A stretch of DNA of 64,000 nucleotides from an uncultured Acidobacteriota bacterium. Lineage in GTDB: Bacteria; Acidobacteriota; UBA6911. A program made the position numbers and the translations under genes. Of the stretch, positions 46,625-58,015 are shown in pieces. Where the stretch lies: the NCBI GenBank assembly GCA_963809485.1, contig CAWEJX010000021.1, positions 50,894-114,893 on the forward strand, given 5' to 3'. The notes under the pieces were generated by a model, which saw nothing but the letters and a program-made list of their open reading frames with translations, ran no database searches and had not been told where the DNA came from. Positions within the stretch are counted from its first letter, which is position 1, and each line of letters begins with the position of its first letter.

Positions 46625-48406
46625 CTATCTCCATTGATCCACGGAAGCGCTGCCCGCGTAACCGAAATCCCCGCCAGACCAGAAGGTGTTTGTTCCTCCT
46701 CCGGTGACCACAATCTCGATTGAAGTGGTGGGTTCGTTGGTATCCTTCGACGCTATGAATGCGGCATTCCTTGTTACACGGCCGCTCCTGGTGTAGCGGG
46801 ACGCGGGGACAACCGCTCCCTGGCCCTGCTTCAGCCAGCCGGCGTATGGTTCCACTCCCGACTGGGCCTGCTTCAGCTCATTCGGATGCTGGGACCAGTA
46901 CAACCACCCCGGTGTGCCCGTTTTTTCAGCAAGCCATTTGGCGAAGGCTTCCTTGGTGGGATGGCCGTTGGAAGCCACATCCGCCGCGACAATAGGATCG
47001 AGAACAAGCGTGGCCTGAGAGGTGCCGAAGGAGAAGAAATGCTCCAGCCATCCGCGGATGACCTCGTGTTGCGGCAGCGGCGAATACCAGGCGATGTCGC
47101 TCATACTCCATCCGCTGAAGAGGCTGACAGCGCTATCCGATTTCTTGAATCCTTTCTGCACATGCAGCGGATTCCAGCCGGCAGGCAATCCATCTTCCGT
47201 CTCCGGGAAACAGAGGTTGCCGTAATTCAGGGGATTCCCCTGGCTGCCCAGGTAGGTTTCACCGGGTTTCCCCGAGCCCCCGAGGTTTTTGGAGATCAGC
47301 GTCCAGCACCGGCCGATGGAAGAATTGGCGCGGCTCATTGGTCCAAGAGCGCCGATCCCCGTGTTCATATCGATCTCCTTGACCACGGGACCATTCACCA
47401 CGACCATTCTGGCGAAAGAGGAAGTGGAGCTGAACAGCGAAGTGAGCCCTTTGGATGCGATAGCCAGGATGGTTGGAAAATATTCCGGCTTCGCGCCCGC
47501 CATCACCGCATTCACGGCGACCATTTCAACGGTGTAATACCAGGCCTCGTGTGGAGGGGAGGGCCGCATCTGGCCGACCCATTCATCCGGCTTGCGGCTC
47601 GTGGCTTTCAGCATTTCTGCAACCTTCTTCTCGGTTGGCAGGATGACTGGATTCCCGTCCGTAAAGTTCTGTGCATGGAATAATGCCATGAGCTTGTCGG
47701 CGGTATTGGGTTCCAGAAGCCTGGGCCGCGGATCTCTTTTGAGAAATCCCGCTTTGCTGTCTTCGGCCGAAAGCTGCTTTGTCAATCCCTCGTAGATTTC
47801 ATCGAGCATGGGCTTGCCGGTCTCCGGATCATTGCCCGCGATATACTTGCGGCACAGGTCGGCCGGCCGGTCCGTGATCGGGTGAGGCGTGTAGGTAATC
47901 CGCATATTGGGGATTCCCTTTTTATACGAGATCGTGGTTACGAGCTCCTTGAACCTCTGCGTGATCATCGGTACGGAAGGAACGCCCATTCTTTCCAAGG
48001 TCACTGCATGGCCGACGACCGCCGGCGAGCAGCTGCTTCAATGCCCCAGCAAAACGATGGCGGCGGCATTTTTTGCTTTGATTTCCTTCCACAAGTTCGG
48101 GTCGTCATCCATGTAACCCGCGATCTTATCCCGCAGCACCCATGTGGTCTTGGGATATTTGGCTTGCAGCGCAGCAAACAGCTCGTTAACAAAAGGTTTT
48201 GTGTTCGGATACTTGGTATCCACGATGTACACGGTCCTGCCGTCCAGCGTTGCCGGACGCGTCGCCATGGGAATCTTGCGTATTTCAGGCTGAATGCCCC
48301 GCGGATTCATCACGACAATTTTTTCTTCATCCGCCGCCCATCCGAACGATGAAGCGAACGTCGCAATCAGCACAGCTATCAGAATGCCAGCCGCCTTAAT
48401 TTTCAT
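46625..48406 (-). CDS. candidate selenoprotein: UxxC redox domain fused to a large domain of unknown function (in-frame UGA at 48040..48038)
   Basis: ORFs 48038..48406 and 46625..48004 are in the same frame with no stop between them other than the TGA. The junction reads ...AAIVLLGH-U-SSCSPAVVGH.... The downstream ORF has no credible start or RBS. Confidence 0.6.
48004..48032 (-). promoter_or_regulatory. possible SECIS-like hairpin downstream of the UGA
   Basis: mRNA CUGC-UC-GCCG-[GCGGUCGU]-CGGC-CAU-GCAG starts 5 nt after the UGA. The pairing was drawn by hand only. Confidence 0.3.
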
Positions 48407-48713
48407 GAAAACTCCCCTCCCGCACAGAACAGATGGAAACTACAGATTTCATACCGGCACCGGATCAAATTCCGCTCTTAGCAATAAAGTTCCGGTTTCC
48501 CTAACATATCCTTTTTCCCTATACAGACTCAATACTCTTGTTGGATCACGAGCATCATTCACCCCATAGCCTTGTTAACGAACGGCTGCCAATTCGTTCT
48601 GACAAAGCTTCCCTCCCGGGAGATCAAAGATGCCTTCGATTCGAATCTCGAGTAATATTAAGCAGGCGGGCTACAATGCGTTATAATATACATAGGGAGC
48701 TAACCGTAAAACC

Positions 48714-50145
48714 GTGAAATCACGCTCGATTCGCATTCTGCTATCACTTGCAGGTCTAGCGGCGCTGACGTTTGCGGCACACAACATTTTTCAGGTGAAC
48801 GCAACAACGGCGGGTTTCGGATACCTGTTGGTTGTGCTCGTGGTCGCAAGCAGCTGGGGATTTATCGAGGCATCCATTACCTCCATCGCGGCGACCCTCG
48901 CATTTAACTTTTTTTTCTTCCCTCCGGTTGGCACCTTCAACATTGCGGATGCCCACAATTGGGTGGCTTTGTTCAGCTTTCTTGTCACCTCGCTGATTGC
49001 CAGCCGACTGTCGACCAAGGCGAAAATGAAGGCTTTGGATGCGATCGAGCGACAGCAGGATATCGAGAGGCTTTATGCATTCAGCCGTGCCCTTCTTCTG
49101 ATAGATAACTCAGAACCGTTTGGAGCCCAACTCATCCGAAAACTGGCGGATATTTTCCAGCTGAACGCAGCGGCCCTTTACGATCGTCGATCCGGAAATT
49201 TCTTCCGTGCAGGATCATCGGAGTCTTGAAGTCCATGGATGCCCAGCTGCGTGAAACGGCATTGGACAACATCCCCGATTCAAACATCCAGCCGAACTAC
49301 TTGCTGACGCCTGTAAGGTTGGGCACCGATCCGATCGCTAGTCTCGCCGTTCAGGGTCCAAGGATGTCCGATTCCGTTCTGCAAGGCATCGCGAATCTTG
49401 TAGCCATAGGCCTGGAACGGGCAAGATCCCAGGATCTTGCCCAGCAGATAGAGGCAGCGCGACAAAGCGAACAATTGCGAACCACGCTCATCGACGCCAT
49501 GGCTCACGAGTTCAAGACTCCTCTCACATCCATAAAGGCCGCGACTACAGGGCTCCTCGCAAATCCGCGGACAGCTGACGGAAAGCCAGGTAGAGCTGCT
49601 CGATATTGCCGACGAGGACGCGGACCATTTGAAGGAACTCATCGATGACACGGTAGACATGGCACGCCTGGACACGGCTCATATAGAAATCAATCCCGAA
49701 ATTTCGGATATACTGGAGATTGTCCATGAGGTGGTTCATTCGCTGAGAACCGAACTCGAAGGGCGTCTTCTGGAAATATCTCCTGATGAAGGGAATCCGG
49801 AAAAGCGCTTTTGATCGGCGGCTGTTGAGGCTGGCAATAAAACAGTTGATTGACAATGCCGCGAAATATTCCCCGGCAGGCACGCCCCTGGAAATTCGAG
49901 TGCAACAGGATGAGAACACAATTAGTGTGGATGTCACCGATCATGGGAAAGGAATACCTGAGCGGGAACAGAAACGCATTTTTGAGCGGTTTTTCAGAAG
50001 TCCCTCCATACGGCAGCAGATACCGGGCTCCGGCCTCGGACTGAGTATTGCCCACAGCATATTGCAGGCCCATCATGGAGATTTGACCGTAACGAGCCAA
50101 CCCGGCAGGACAACATTTCATTTGACCCTGCCGGCAGAAATATAA
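48714..50145 (+). pseudogene. sensor histidine kinase (KdpD C-terminal type: DUF4118 TM domain, HisKA, HATPase_c) broken by at least 3 frameshifts
   Basis: The pieces 48714..49229, 49226..49648, 49629..49814 and 49786..50145 are in frames 0/2/0/1 and read as one protein. Features: H-box AMAHEFKTPLTSI, N-box IDNAAKYSP, G-box GSGLGLSIA. Confidence 0.75.
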
Positions 50146-50157
50146 AGGAGAATCCGG

Positions 50158-50856
50158 TTGAGCGCAGGTCGCATTCTGGTAATTGACGACGAACCTCAGA
50201 TCCGGCGTCTGATGCGGACGACACTGATCGGTGCCGGATACGAAGTGGAGGATGCCAGGACGGGAGAAGAAGGTCTCGAAAAGGTGAACACCTACCATCC
50301 GGATCTCGTGCTGCTGGATATCAATATGCCGGGGATGGGGGGCTTTCTAACCTGCGAAGCCCTGCGGGAAGACAAAAATATCGCCATTATTATGCTCACC
50401 GTGCGGGATTCCGAGGCGGACAAGGTTGCGGCGCTGGATGCCGGCGCCGATGATTTTGTCACAAAGCCTTTCAGCACTCCGGAGCTGCTGGCCCGGATAC
50501 GTGCGGCCCTCCGGCGGGTGCCGTCGCCTCAGGCATCTCCTGAAAAAATCCAGATAGGCCGTCTTGTCATTGATTTCACGGCCAGAACCGTTTCCAAAGG
50601 AGACAGACCCGTTCATCTGACGCCCAAAGAACTGGATTTGCTCCGATACTTTACGTTGCATCCAAATCACGTGATTTCACATCGGGAGCTTCTGCAGGCA
50701 GTTTGGGGCCCCGATTACGGCAATCAGGTTGATTATCTCCGGGTGTTCATCAAGAATCTGCGAAAGAAGATTGAACTCAATCCCGATAGCCCCGAATACA
50801 TCCTGACCGAACCTTGGGTGGGCTACCGGTTCAACAGTCCCCCCCAATCTTCATAA
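50158..50856 (+). CDS. kdpE: OmpR-family response regulator, KdpE-like by sequence and context
   Basis: Receiver domain (ILVIDDEPQIRR...DLVLLDINMPGMGG) plus a winged-helix output (TEPWVGYRF). It lies between the kinase and kdpFABC. Confidence 0.75.
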   Translation: MSAGRILVIDDEPQIRRLMRTTLIGAGYEVEDARTGEEGLEKVNTYHPDLVLLDINMPGMGGFLTCEALREDKNIAIIMLTVRDSEADKVAALDAGADDFVTKPFSTPELLARIRAALRRVPSPQASPEKIQIGRLVIDFTARTVSKGDRPVHLTPKELDLLRYFTLHPNHVISHRELLQAVWGPDYGNQVDYLRVFIKNLRKKIELNPDSPEYILTEPWVGYRFNSPPQSS

Positions 50857-50945
50857 AATCTTCACGGATTATCCATAGCTTTTTCCGGGCATCTCTACGG
50901 GATCTTCATGCTGTCTGGCGTATGCTTTTTGCGGAGCGAAAAGCA

Positions 50946-51029
50946 ATGCTTGATCTTTTCTATCTTGCGGTCGGCTGCATGGTCTTAGCGATTTTCTGGG
51001 CTTTGGCGAAAGCTTGCGACAAGCTCTAG
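50946..51029 (+). CDS. 27-aa hydrophobic peptide ORF upstream of kdpF (speculative)
   Basis: MLDLFYLAVGCMVLAIFWALAKACDKL has one TM-like segment. It ends 11 nt before kdpF. Confidence 0.2.
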   Translation: MLDLFYLAVGCMVLAIFWALAKACDKL

Positions 51030-51040
51030 GGAGAAATGCC

Positions 51041-51124
51041 ATGGATTGCCTCATTACCGGTCTTGCCTCTGCTGGTCTCTTTATCTACCTGCTGTATGCG
51101 CTCCTGAAACCTGAGCGCTTTTAA
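51041..51124 (+). CDS. kdpF: K+-transporting ATPase subunit F
   Basis: MDCLITGLASAGLFIYLLYALLKPERF is 27 aa with the typical KdpF C-terminal YLLYALLxPExF pattern. It sits immediately upstream of kdpA. Confidence 0.7.
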   Translation: MDCLITGLASAGLFIYLLYALLKPERF

Positions 51125-51134
51125 GGAGGATGCC

Positions 51135-52902
51135 ATGACTGGCCAGGGTGTGCTCCAGATAATGGTTTATTGTGTTGTTCTTCTTGCCCTGACGAAGCCT
51201 CTCGGCGCTTACATGGCACGGGTATACGGAGGAGAGAGAACATTCCTGCATCCAGTCCTCCATCGCCTGGAACGATTGGTATACGCCCTGGCTGGAGTTA
51301 AGGATAAGACGGAGCAGCGCTGGACCCAGTATGCAGCCTCACTCCTGGCATTCAGCATGGTTTGCTTCGTCCTGACTTATTTGATCCAGCGTTTTCAGGG
51401 ACTATTGCCACTGAACCCCGCGGGGTTCGGATCGAGGCAGGCTACGCCGGACCTGGCTTTCAACACAGCCGTCAGCTTCATGACGAACACAAACTGGCAA
51501 TCCTATCGGGGGCGAGACGACCTTGAGTTATTTTGTCCAGATGGCTGCATTGACGGTACAGAATTTTGCATCGGCCGCTGCTGGAATGTGCGTCGCAATA
51601 GCCCTGATCAGGGGTTTTGTTCGGCGGCAGCAGAACACCATCGGGAACTTCTGGGTCGACCTTGTGCGAGGAATTGTTTATATCCTTTTGCCACTCGCTT
51701 TGATCGGAGCTCTTTTTCTCTGCTCCCAGGGTGTGGTTCAAAACTTCAATGCGTTCACAACCGCTAGGACACTTGAAGGCAGCATCCAAACAATTGCGCA
51801 GGGGCCCGCGGCTTCCCAGGTTTCCATCAAGCAGTTGGGTACAAATGGGGGCGGCTTTTTCAACGCCAACTCCGCTCATCCTTATGAGAACCCGACTCCC
51901 CTCGCCAATTTCGTGGAAACTCTATTCATTCTATTGATACCCGCCGGGCTGGTTTACACCTTCGGAATCATGGTAGGAGACACCCGCCAGGGATGGGCTC
52001 TTTATGCTGCAATGAGTCTTTTGTTTCTTGCCGGCGTTTTCATCTGTTACCCGGCCGAACAATCGGGCAATGCCAATCTACCCGCATTGGGGGTTCAAAA
52101 CGATCCCGCCTACTTGCAGCCCGGCGGCAATATGGAGGGCAAGGAGGTGCGCTTCGGCATCGCCCCCTCGGCGCTTTGGGCGGTAGCAACCACGGCGGCA
52201 AGCAATGGCAGCATCAACAGCATGCTGGACAGTTTTACGCCACTCGGCGGATTGATCCCGCTGTTCAACATTCAAACGGGCGAAGTCATCTTTGGCGGCG
52301 CCGGAGCAGGTCTATATGGAATGCTCCTGTTCGCCATTCTTGCCGTCTTCATTGCGGGCCTCATGGTCGGACGCACGCCGGAATATCTTGGCAAAAAGAT
52401 CGAAGGCAAGGAAGTCAAAATGGCAATGCTCGCTCTGATTGCTTGCGCCGTCGGAATTCTTGTATTTACCGCGATCAGCGCACAAATCGACTTTGCCAAA
52501 AACAGTTACTGGAACAGCCCGGGAGCGGCCGCGGAGAACTTGTCGAATAGCGGCCCGCACGGACTTTCGGAAATGCTCTATGCCTACTCGAGCGCTACCG
52601 GCAATAATGGCAGCGCTTTCGCCGGACTGAATTCAAATACTCCCTGGTACAACCTGACTACGGGTCTGGCAATGCTCATCGGGCGCTTTCTCGTAATTAT
52701 CCCGATGCTGGCAATAGCCGGAAACCTGGCAATGAAAAAAGCCGTGCCCGCAACAAGCGGGACAATTCCAACCCATGGCCCACTCTTCGTCGGTCTGCTG
52801 GTGGGCACCGTGGTCATTGTAGGAGCGTTGACTTTCTTCCCGGCTCTCTCTCTGACACCCATTGTTGAGCATTTGCTGATGAATAGCGGTCATCTTTTCT
52901 AA
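51135..52902 (+). pseudogene. kdpA: K+-transporting ATPase subunit A, one frameshift
   Basis: 51135..51767 and 51523..52902 together read as KdpA (...[16 protein letters not shown] / [15 protein letters not shown]...). The shift is at the run tatcgggggcgag near 51505..51520. Confidence 0.85.
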
Positions 52903-52927
52903 TCGATCTCCAAATGGGGATGAAATA

Positions 52928-55060
52928 ATGGCTACCAGGACTGCCACTCCAAGACCCAAACAGCTGGTTCCTCAGAATGAACCTGCTTCACTGCTTCCCG
53001 AAAAGCTTGTCAGATCACGGCCGCTCTTTGATACTGAGATCGTGATGCGTGCCATCCGTGCATCCTTTCTGAAACTGAATCCGGTCACCCTGGTGAGGAA
53101 TCCAGTGATCTTCGTGGCTGAAGTCGGCGCTGCCCTGATCACAATGTTCCTGATTCGTGATTTCATCACAGGCGGTTCGGGAATCGGGTTCTCATTCCAG
53201 ATCTCCCTATGGCTCTGGTTCACGGTGCTGTTTGCCAACTTTGCTGAGGCAATGGCCGAAGCACGCGGAAAGGCTCAGGCTGACGCTCTCCGGAAAACAA
53301 AAACGGATGCGCCGGCAAAGAAGTTGGGATCCGGTGGGAAGGTATTGCAAGTCCCCAGTTCCGCATTGCGAGCCGGGGATGTGGTGCTCTGCGAGGCGGG
53401 CGACCTGATTCCGGGAGACGGAGAGGTGATCGAAGGTATCGCAACGGTTGATGAATCCGTGATTACGGGTGAAAGTGCACCCGTCATTCGCGAATCGGGA
53501 GGTGACCGCAGCGCCGTGACCGGCGGCACCAAGGTGCTATCGGACAAGATCAAAGTCCGTATTACCTCAAATCCGGGAGAAACGTTTCTGGATCGCATGA
53601 TTGCACTGGTCGAGGGCGCGGAGCGGCAGAAGACTCCCAATGAAATCGCCCTGAATATCCTGATCGCGGGCCTGACTCTGATATTCCTGCTGGCGGTTGT
53701 TACGCTCCAGCCTTATGCGGTTTTCAGCGTTGCGCAATCAGGCAGGGGAACGGTTCCGAGCGTGACTGTTCTGGTTTCTTTGCTTGTCTGTCTGATACCT
53801 ACGACCATCGGGGGGCTTTTATCCGCCATCGGCATCGCCGGCATGGACCGGGTCATGCAGCACAACGTGCTGGCGCTTAGCGGCAAGGCGGTTGAAGCTG
53901 CGGGAGATGTCAACTCTCTCCTGCTGGACAAAACCGGGACCATTACGCTCGGGAATCGGCAGGCTGTTGAGTTTCTTTCCCGTTAACGGCATCAGCGCAG
54001 CCGAACTGGCGGATGCCGCTCAATTGTCCAGCCTGGCTGACGAGACGCCCGAAGGCCGTTCCATCGTTGTGCTTGCGAAAGAGAAATATGGCCTTCGGGG
54101 CCGGCATATTCCCGGAAGATGACGCGAATTCATCCCCTTCTCTGCCTTTACGCGCATGAGCGGTGTCGATTTCGAAGGGTCGCCGCCTTCGGAAAGGAGC
54201 CACGGATGCAATCTGCAAATATGTGCGCGAAAACGGGGGACAGGTCGCCGGCGATATCCAGGAAATGAGCGATCGAATTGCGCGCAATGGAGGAACCCCG
54301 CTTGCCGTGGCCGACGGAAAACGGTTGCTTGGGATCATCCATTTGAAAGATATCGTGAAGGGCGGAATGAAGGAACGGATCAGCTCAACTGCGACGCATG
54401 GGCATTCGCACGGTCATGATTACCGGCGACAATCCGCTCACCGCGGCCGCAATCGCAGGCGAGGCCGGCGTGGATGATTTTATTGCGCAGGCAACACCAA
54501 AAGCCAAGCTCGATTACATCAAAAAAGAGCAGGCAGCCGGCCGGCTTGTCGCGATGACGGGGGATGGCACCAACGATGCCCCGGCTTTGGCGCAGGCCGA
54601 CGTCGGGCTCGCGATGAATACCGGCACAATGGCTGCGAAGGAAGCAGGCAATATGGTGGATCTGGACAGCAATCCGACCAAGCTTATCGAGGTTGTTGCC
54701 ATCGGGAAGCAGTTGCTGATTACCCGTGGTGCTCTGACTACTTTTTCCATCGCCAACGATATTGCCAAGTATTTCGCAATCATTCCCGCCATGTTCATGA
54801 CGACCTATCCGGCCCTCAGCGCACTAAACATAATGGGGTTGCACACTCCGCAGAGCGCGGTACTTTCAGCAGTGATCTTCAACGCGCTGATCATCATCGC
54901 GCTGGTTCCGCTTGCGCTGCGCGGGGTGAAGTATCGTCCCGTCGATGCCGCCGGCCTGCTGCGCCGGAACCTGCTGATCTATGGGCTGGGCGGAATCATC
55001 GCTCCTTTCCCTGGAATTTGGCTTATTGATCAAATCGTTCATGCGCTGGGCTGGGCCTGA
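52928..55060 (+). pseudogene. kdpB: K+-transporting P-type ATPase subunit B, about five indels
   Basis: The pieces 52928..53986 (DKTGTIT), 53892..54122, 54156..54419/54163..54477 and 54398..55060 ([18 protein letters not shown]) read as one KdpB once single-nt shifts are allowed near 53975, 54115, 54135, 54180 and 54385. Confidence 0.85.
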
Positions 55061-55071
55061 TTGGAGAAGAT

Positions 55072-55704
55072 ATGCTAAAGCAATTGGTCCCCGGATTCCG
55101 AATTGCTCTGGTTTTGACAATCCTCACGGGCGTGCTTTATCCCGGCATCGTGACCGGGCTTTGCCAATTGCTTTTTCGCCAGCAGGCAAATGGAAGTCTG
55201 ATTGTGAAGGATGGCCGTGTTGCTGGTTCCAGCCTCATCGGCCAGAACTTCACCCGGCCGGAATATTTCCATCCGCGTCCTTCTGCGGCAGGCAGCGATG
55301 GATATGATGCTTCATCCTCCGGAGGATCGAATCTGGGTCCGACCAGCCGGAAACTGATCGATCGTATCAAGCGCGATATTGAGGTGTTCCGCAAAGAGAA
55401 TCCCGAATATCAGGGCCCGATTCCGGCTGATATCGTGACCGCATCCGGCAGTGGCCTGGATCCCCACATCAGTCCGGCATCCGCTCAGGCACAGGCGCTT
55501 CGAGTCGCAAAGGCCCGCGGAGTGTCGGCAGATCAGGTGAACCGGCTGATCGCGCAAAATATCGAAGCCCCAACGCTGGGATTCCTCGGGGATGCGCGGG
55601 TGAACGTATTGAAGCTTAACCTTGCGCTTGACCGCATTTCCCATCGTCCGGCGCTTCCGTTGCAGGGCTATAATCCTATTTATGAGCCGCAAAATTCGAC
55701 GTAA
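55072..55704 (+). CDS. kdpC: K+-transporting ATPase subunit C
   Basis: 210 aa, intact, with a typical KdpC N-terminal TM segment and the [14 protein letters not shown] motif. Confidence 0.85.
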   Translation: MLKQLVPGFRIALVLTILTGVLYPGIVTGLCQLLFRQQANGSLIVKDGRVAGSSLIGQNFTRPEYFHPRPSAAGSDGYDASSSGGSNLGPTSRKLIDRIKRDIEVFRKENPEYQGPIPADIVTASGSGLDPHISPASAQAQALRVAKARGVSADQVNRLIAQNIEAPTLGFLGDARVNVLKLNLALDRISHRPALPLQGYNPIYEPQNST

Positions 55705-56768
55705 GACACCCGATGAATTGCTGCATGAATTGCAGCCCGAAAGCTCAGGCGCGAAAGGTCACCTGAAGATATTCCTCGGATATGCATCGGGCGTCGGCAA
55801 ATCATTCCGGATGCTCGATGAAGCGCGCCGGCGCAAAGAGAGAGGGCAGGACGTTGTGGTGGGGGCAGTTCAGCCGGAAGGTCTCGCCGGAAGTTCAGAA
55901 GCTATTGGATAGGCTTGAGATCGTGCCCCTGATAAAATATCCCGTCGGGCATATCCATGGATATCGACGGCATCATGACGGCGACATCCTGCCGTCTGTG
56001 TCATCGATGGCCTCGCCTTTAACAATCCTCCGGGACTCCGCAATCCAACCCGCTGGCAGGATGCACGGGATCTGGTGAATGCCGGAATAAAGGTTCTCGG
56101 GTCCATCAACATTCAATACGTGGAAGAATTGTGCCAGACGGTGGAAGAACATAACCGGCAAACATGTGACTGAAACCGTGCCTGTATCCTTCATAAAGAG
56201 CGCCGACGAAATTGAAATCGTGGATGCTCCGCCAGAAGAGCCGATCGAGAGATCGCCGGAGCAACAGACGAAGACAGAGGTTCGCCAGCAACAGCTTTCT
56301 GTTTTGCGGGAATTGGCCCTCGTTCTGGCGGCAGATGTTGTCGATTGCCAGCTGAGCGATTATCTGGAGAAGCACGGAATAAGGCAAAGCTTCGGAGCAC
56401 AGGAAAGAATTCTTGTCTGCATCACCCCGCGCGCGAATGCCAGGGAGATGATCGAAACTGCCCGAATGATTGCGGAAAAATTCCATGCGGAAATGACTGT
56501 GGCCTATGTGAAACAGGCGGAGCTTTCAGAAGAAGATCAAGCGGCGCTTGAAGAAAAACTTGCGCTGGCAAGGTCGGCAAAAGCACAGATAGAAATTCTG
56601 GAAGGAGAGGATGCGGTAGAGGCGATACTCCATTATGCAAATTCCCATGCCATTACGCAGCTCTTCGTCGGGCACACTCAGAGCACAAGAAAATGGCCCT
56701 GGAGTGATCCGGTCGAGAAACTGATCCGTCGATCGCATGGTATGGATCTGCGCATCTTTCCACAGTGA
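55682..56768 (+). pseudogene. KdpD N-terminal sensor domain + Usp domain protein, paralog 1, several frameshifts
   Basis: [14 protein letters not shown]...LKIFLGYASGVGKSFRML (P-loop-like), then the pieces 55782..56078 and 56166..56768 in other frames. The start overlaps the kdpC end. Confidence 0.7.
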
Positions 56769-56781
56769 GTCAACGGCATCC

Positions 56782-57895
56782 ATGACGAATACAGATCGTG
56801 GGAAGCTGAAACTTTACATGGGATATGCGGCGGGCGTCGGAAAGACCTACAGGATGCTCGAAGATGCCCAGGCGCTTAAGGCTCAAGGTGTAGATGTCGT
56901 CATCGGCTATTTTGAACCTCATGGCCGTGCAGGCCACGATTGAAAAAACCGAAGGACTGGAGACCGTTCCAAGGGCAAAAGTACATTATCGAGGATCGGT
57001 GTTTGAGGAGATGGATACGGACGCCATCCTGGATCGGCGTCCCCTCTTATGCCTGGTCGACGAGTTTGCCCATACCAATGTTCCAGGATCTTCCCGCACT
57101 AAACGCTGGGAGGATATTGAAATATTGCGCGACGCCGGAATCGATATCTGGACGACTATGAACATACAGCACCTGGAAAGCCTGAATGATCAGGTCCGGC
57201 AGATCGCGGGAATCCGGGTGCGGGAAACTGTTCCGGATTGGGTTGTGCAACAGGCCGACGAGGTCGTCATTATCGATCTCTCACCCCGGGCGCTCCTGCA
57301 TCGCCTGGAAAGGGGAGTGATTTACGGCCGGGAAAATGTGGAACGCGCCCTGCAGAACTTCTTCCGTGAATCCACGCTGGTGGCCCTCCGGGAATTGGCG
57401 CTGCGCGAAACCGCCCTCGAGATAAAGCAACGCGTGATCAAGGATGAAGCCGCAACGATCCCGAAGTCCTCCGATCCGAATCAGGCTGGAAATCACAAAA
57501 TTCTGCTGTTTTTGACTGCAGATCCGAGCACCGCAATGCTGATCCGCCGTGCCAGGCGTGTCGGAGATTTCCTGGGGGCCGAATGCTTTGCCGTGGCAGT
57601 AAACACTACAGCTGATTTGAACCGGATGACAAATTCGAACCGGGAAGCCATCGAGCGGCATGTGAATTTTGCGCGCAATATGCGGATTGAAACCCGAATA
57701 CTCGAGGGAAATGATCCGGCCCAAACACTGATAGATTTTGCGCATGAGAATCATATAACGCAGATCTTTATCTCACGCTCCCGAAAGGCATCCCAGGCTG
57801 TTTTTTCACAGCGGGGATTGCTGCAGAAGATCGTTCGCCTGGCCAGGGATATGCAGATTGTCATCGTCTCCGAGCGGGAATCCGCAACAGAGTGA
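56782..57895 (+). pseudogene. KdpD N-terminal sensor domain + Usp domain protein, paralog 2, one frameshift
   Basis: MTNTDRGKLKLYMGYAAGVGKTYRML...GYFEPHGR, then a shift near 56927 into 56894..57895 (...LVDEFAHTN...NIQHLESLND... plus Usp). Confidence 0.75.
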
Positions 57896-58015
57896 CCCGC
57901 CGAAAGCATATTTTCCTGGACCTTTGCATCCGCAGTCAGCGTTCGCCGGCGCATTTTCAGCCTGTTTCGGCATTTGAGTCGTGGAGCGGTCCAACCCCAT
58001 AAGCCGCCGGCTGGT

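Noticed and set aside
50857-51040. A c-di-AMP (ydaO/kimA-type) riboswitch or other leader RNA upstream of kdpF.
   Set aside because: I could not find the conserved pseudo-symmetric ACGGGG/CCCG-type elements by eye. This needs an Infernal scan to be certain.
48714-57895. The kdp frameshifts as programmed ribosomal frameshifting or recoding.
   Set aside because: There are too many sites, in both directions, and I saw no slippery heptamers or shared context. Decay or sequence error is far more likely.
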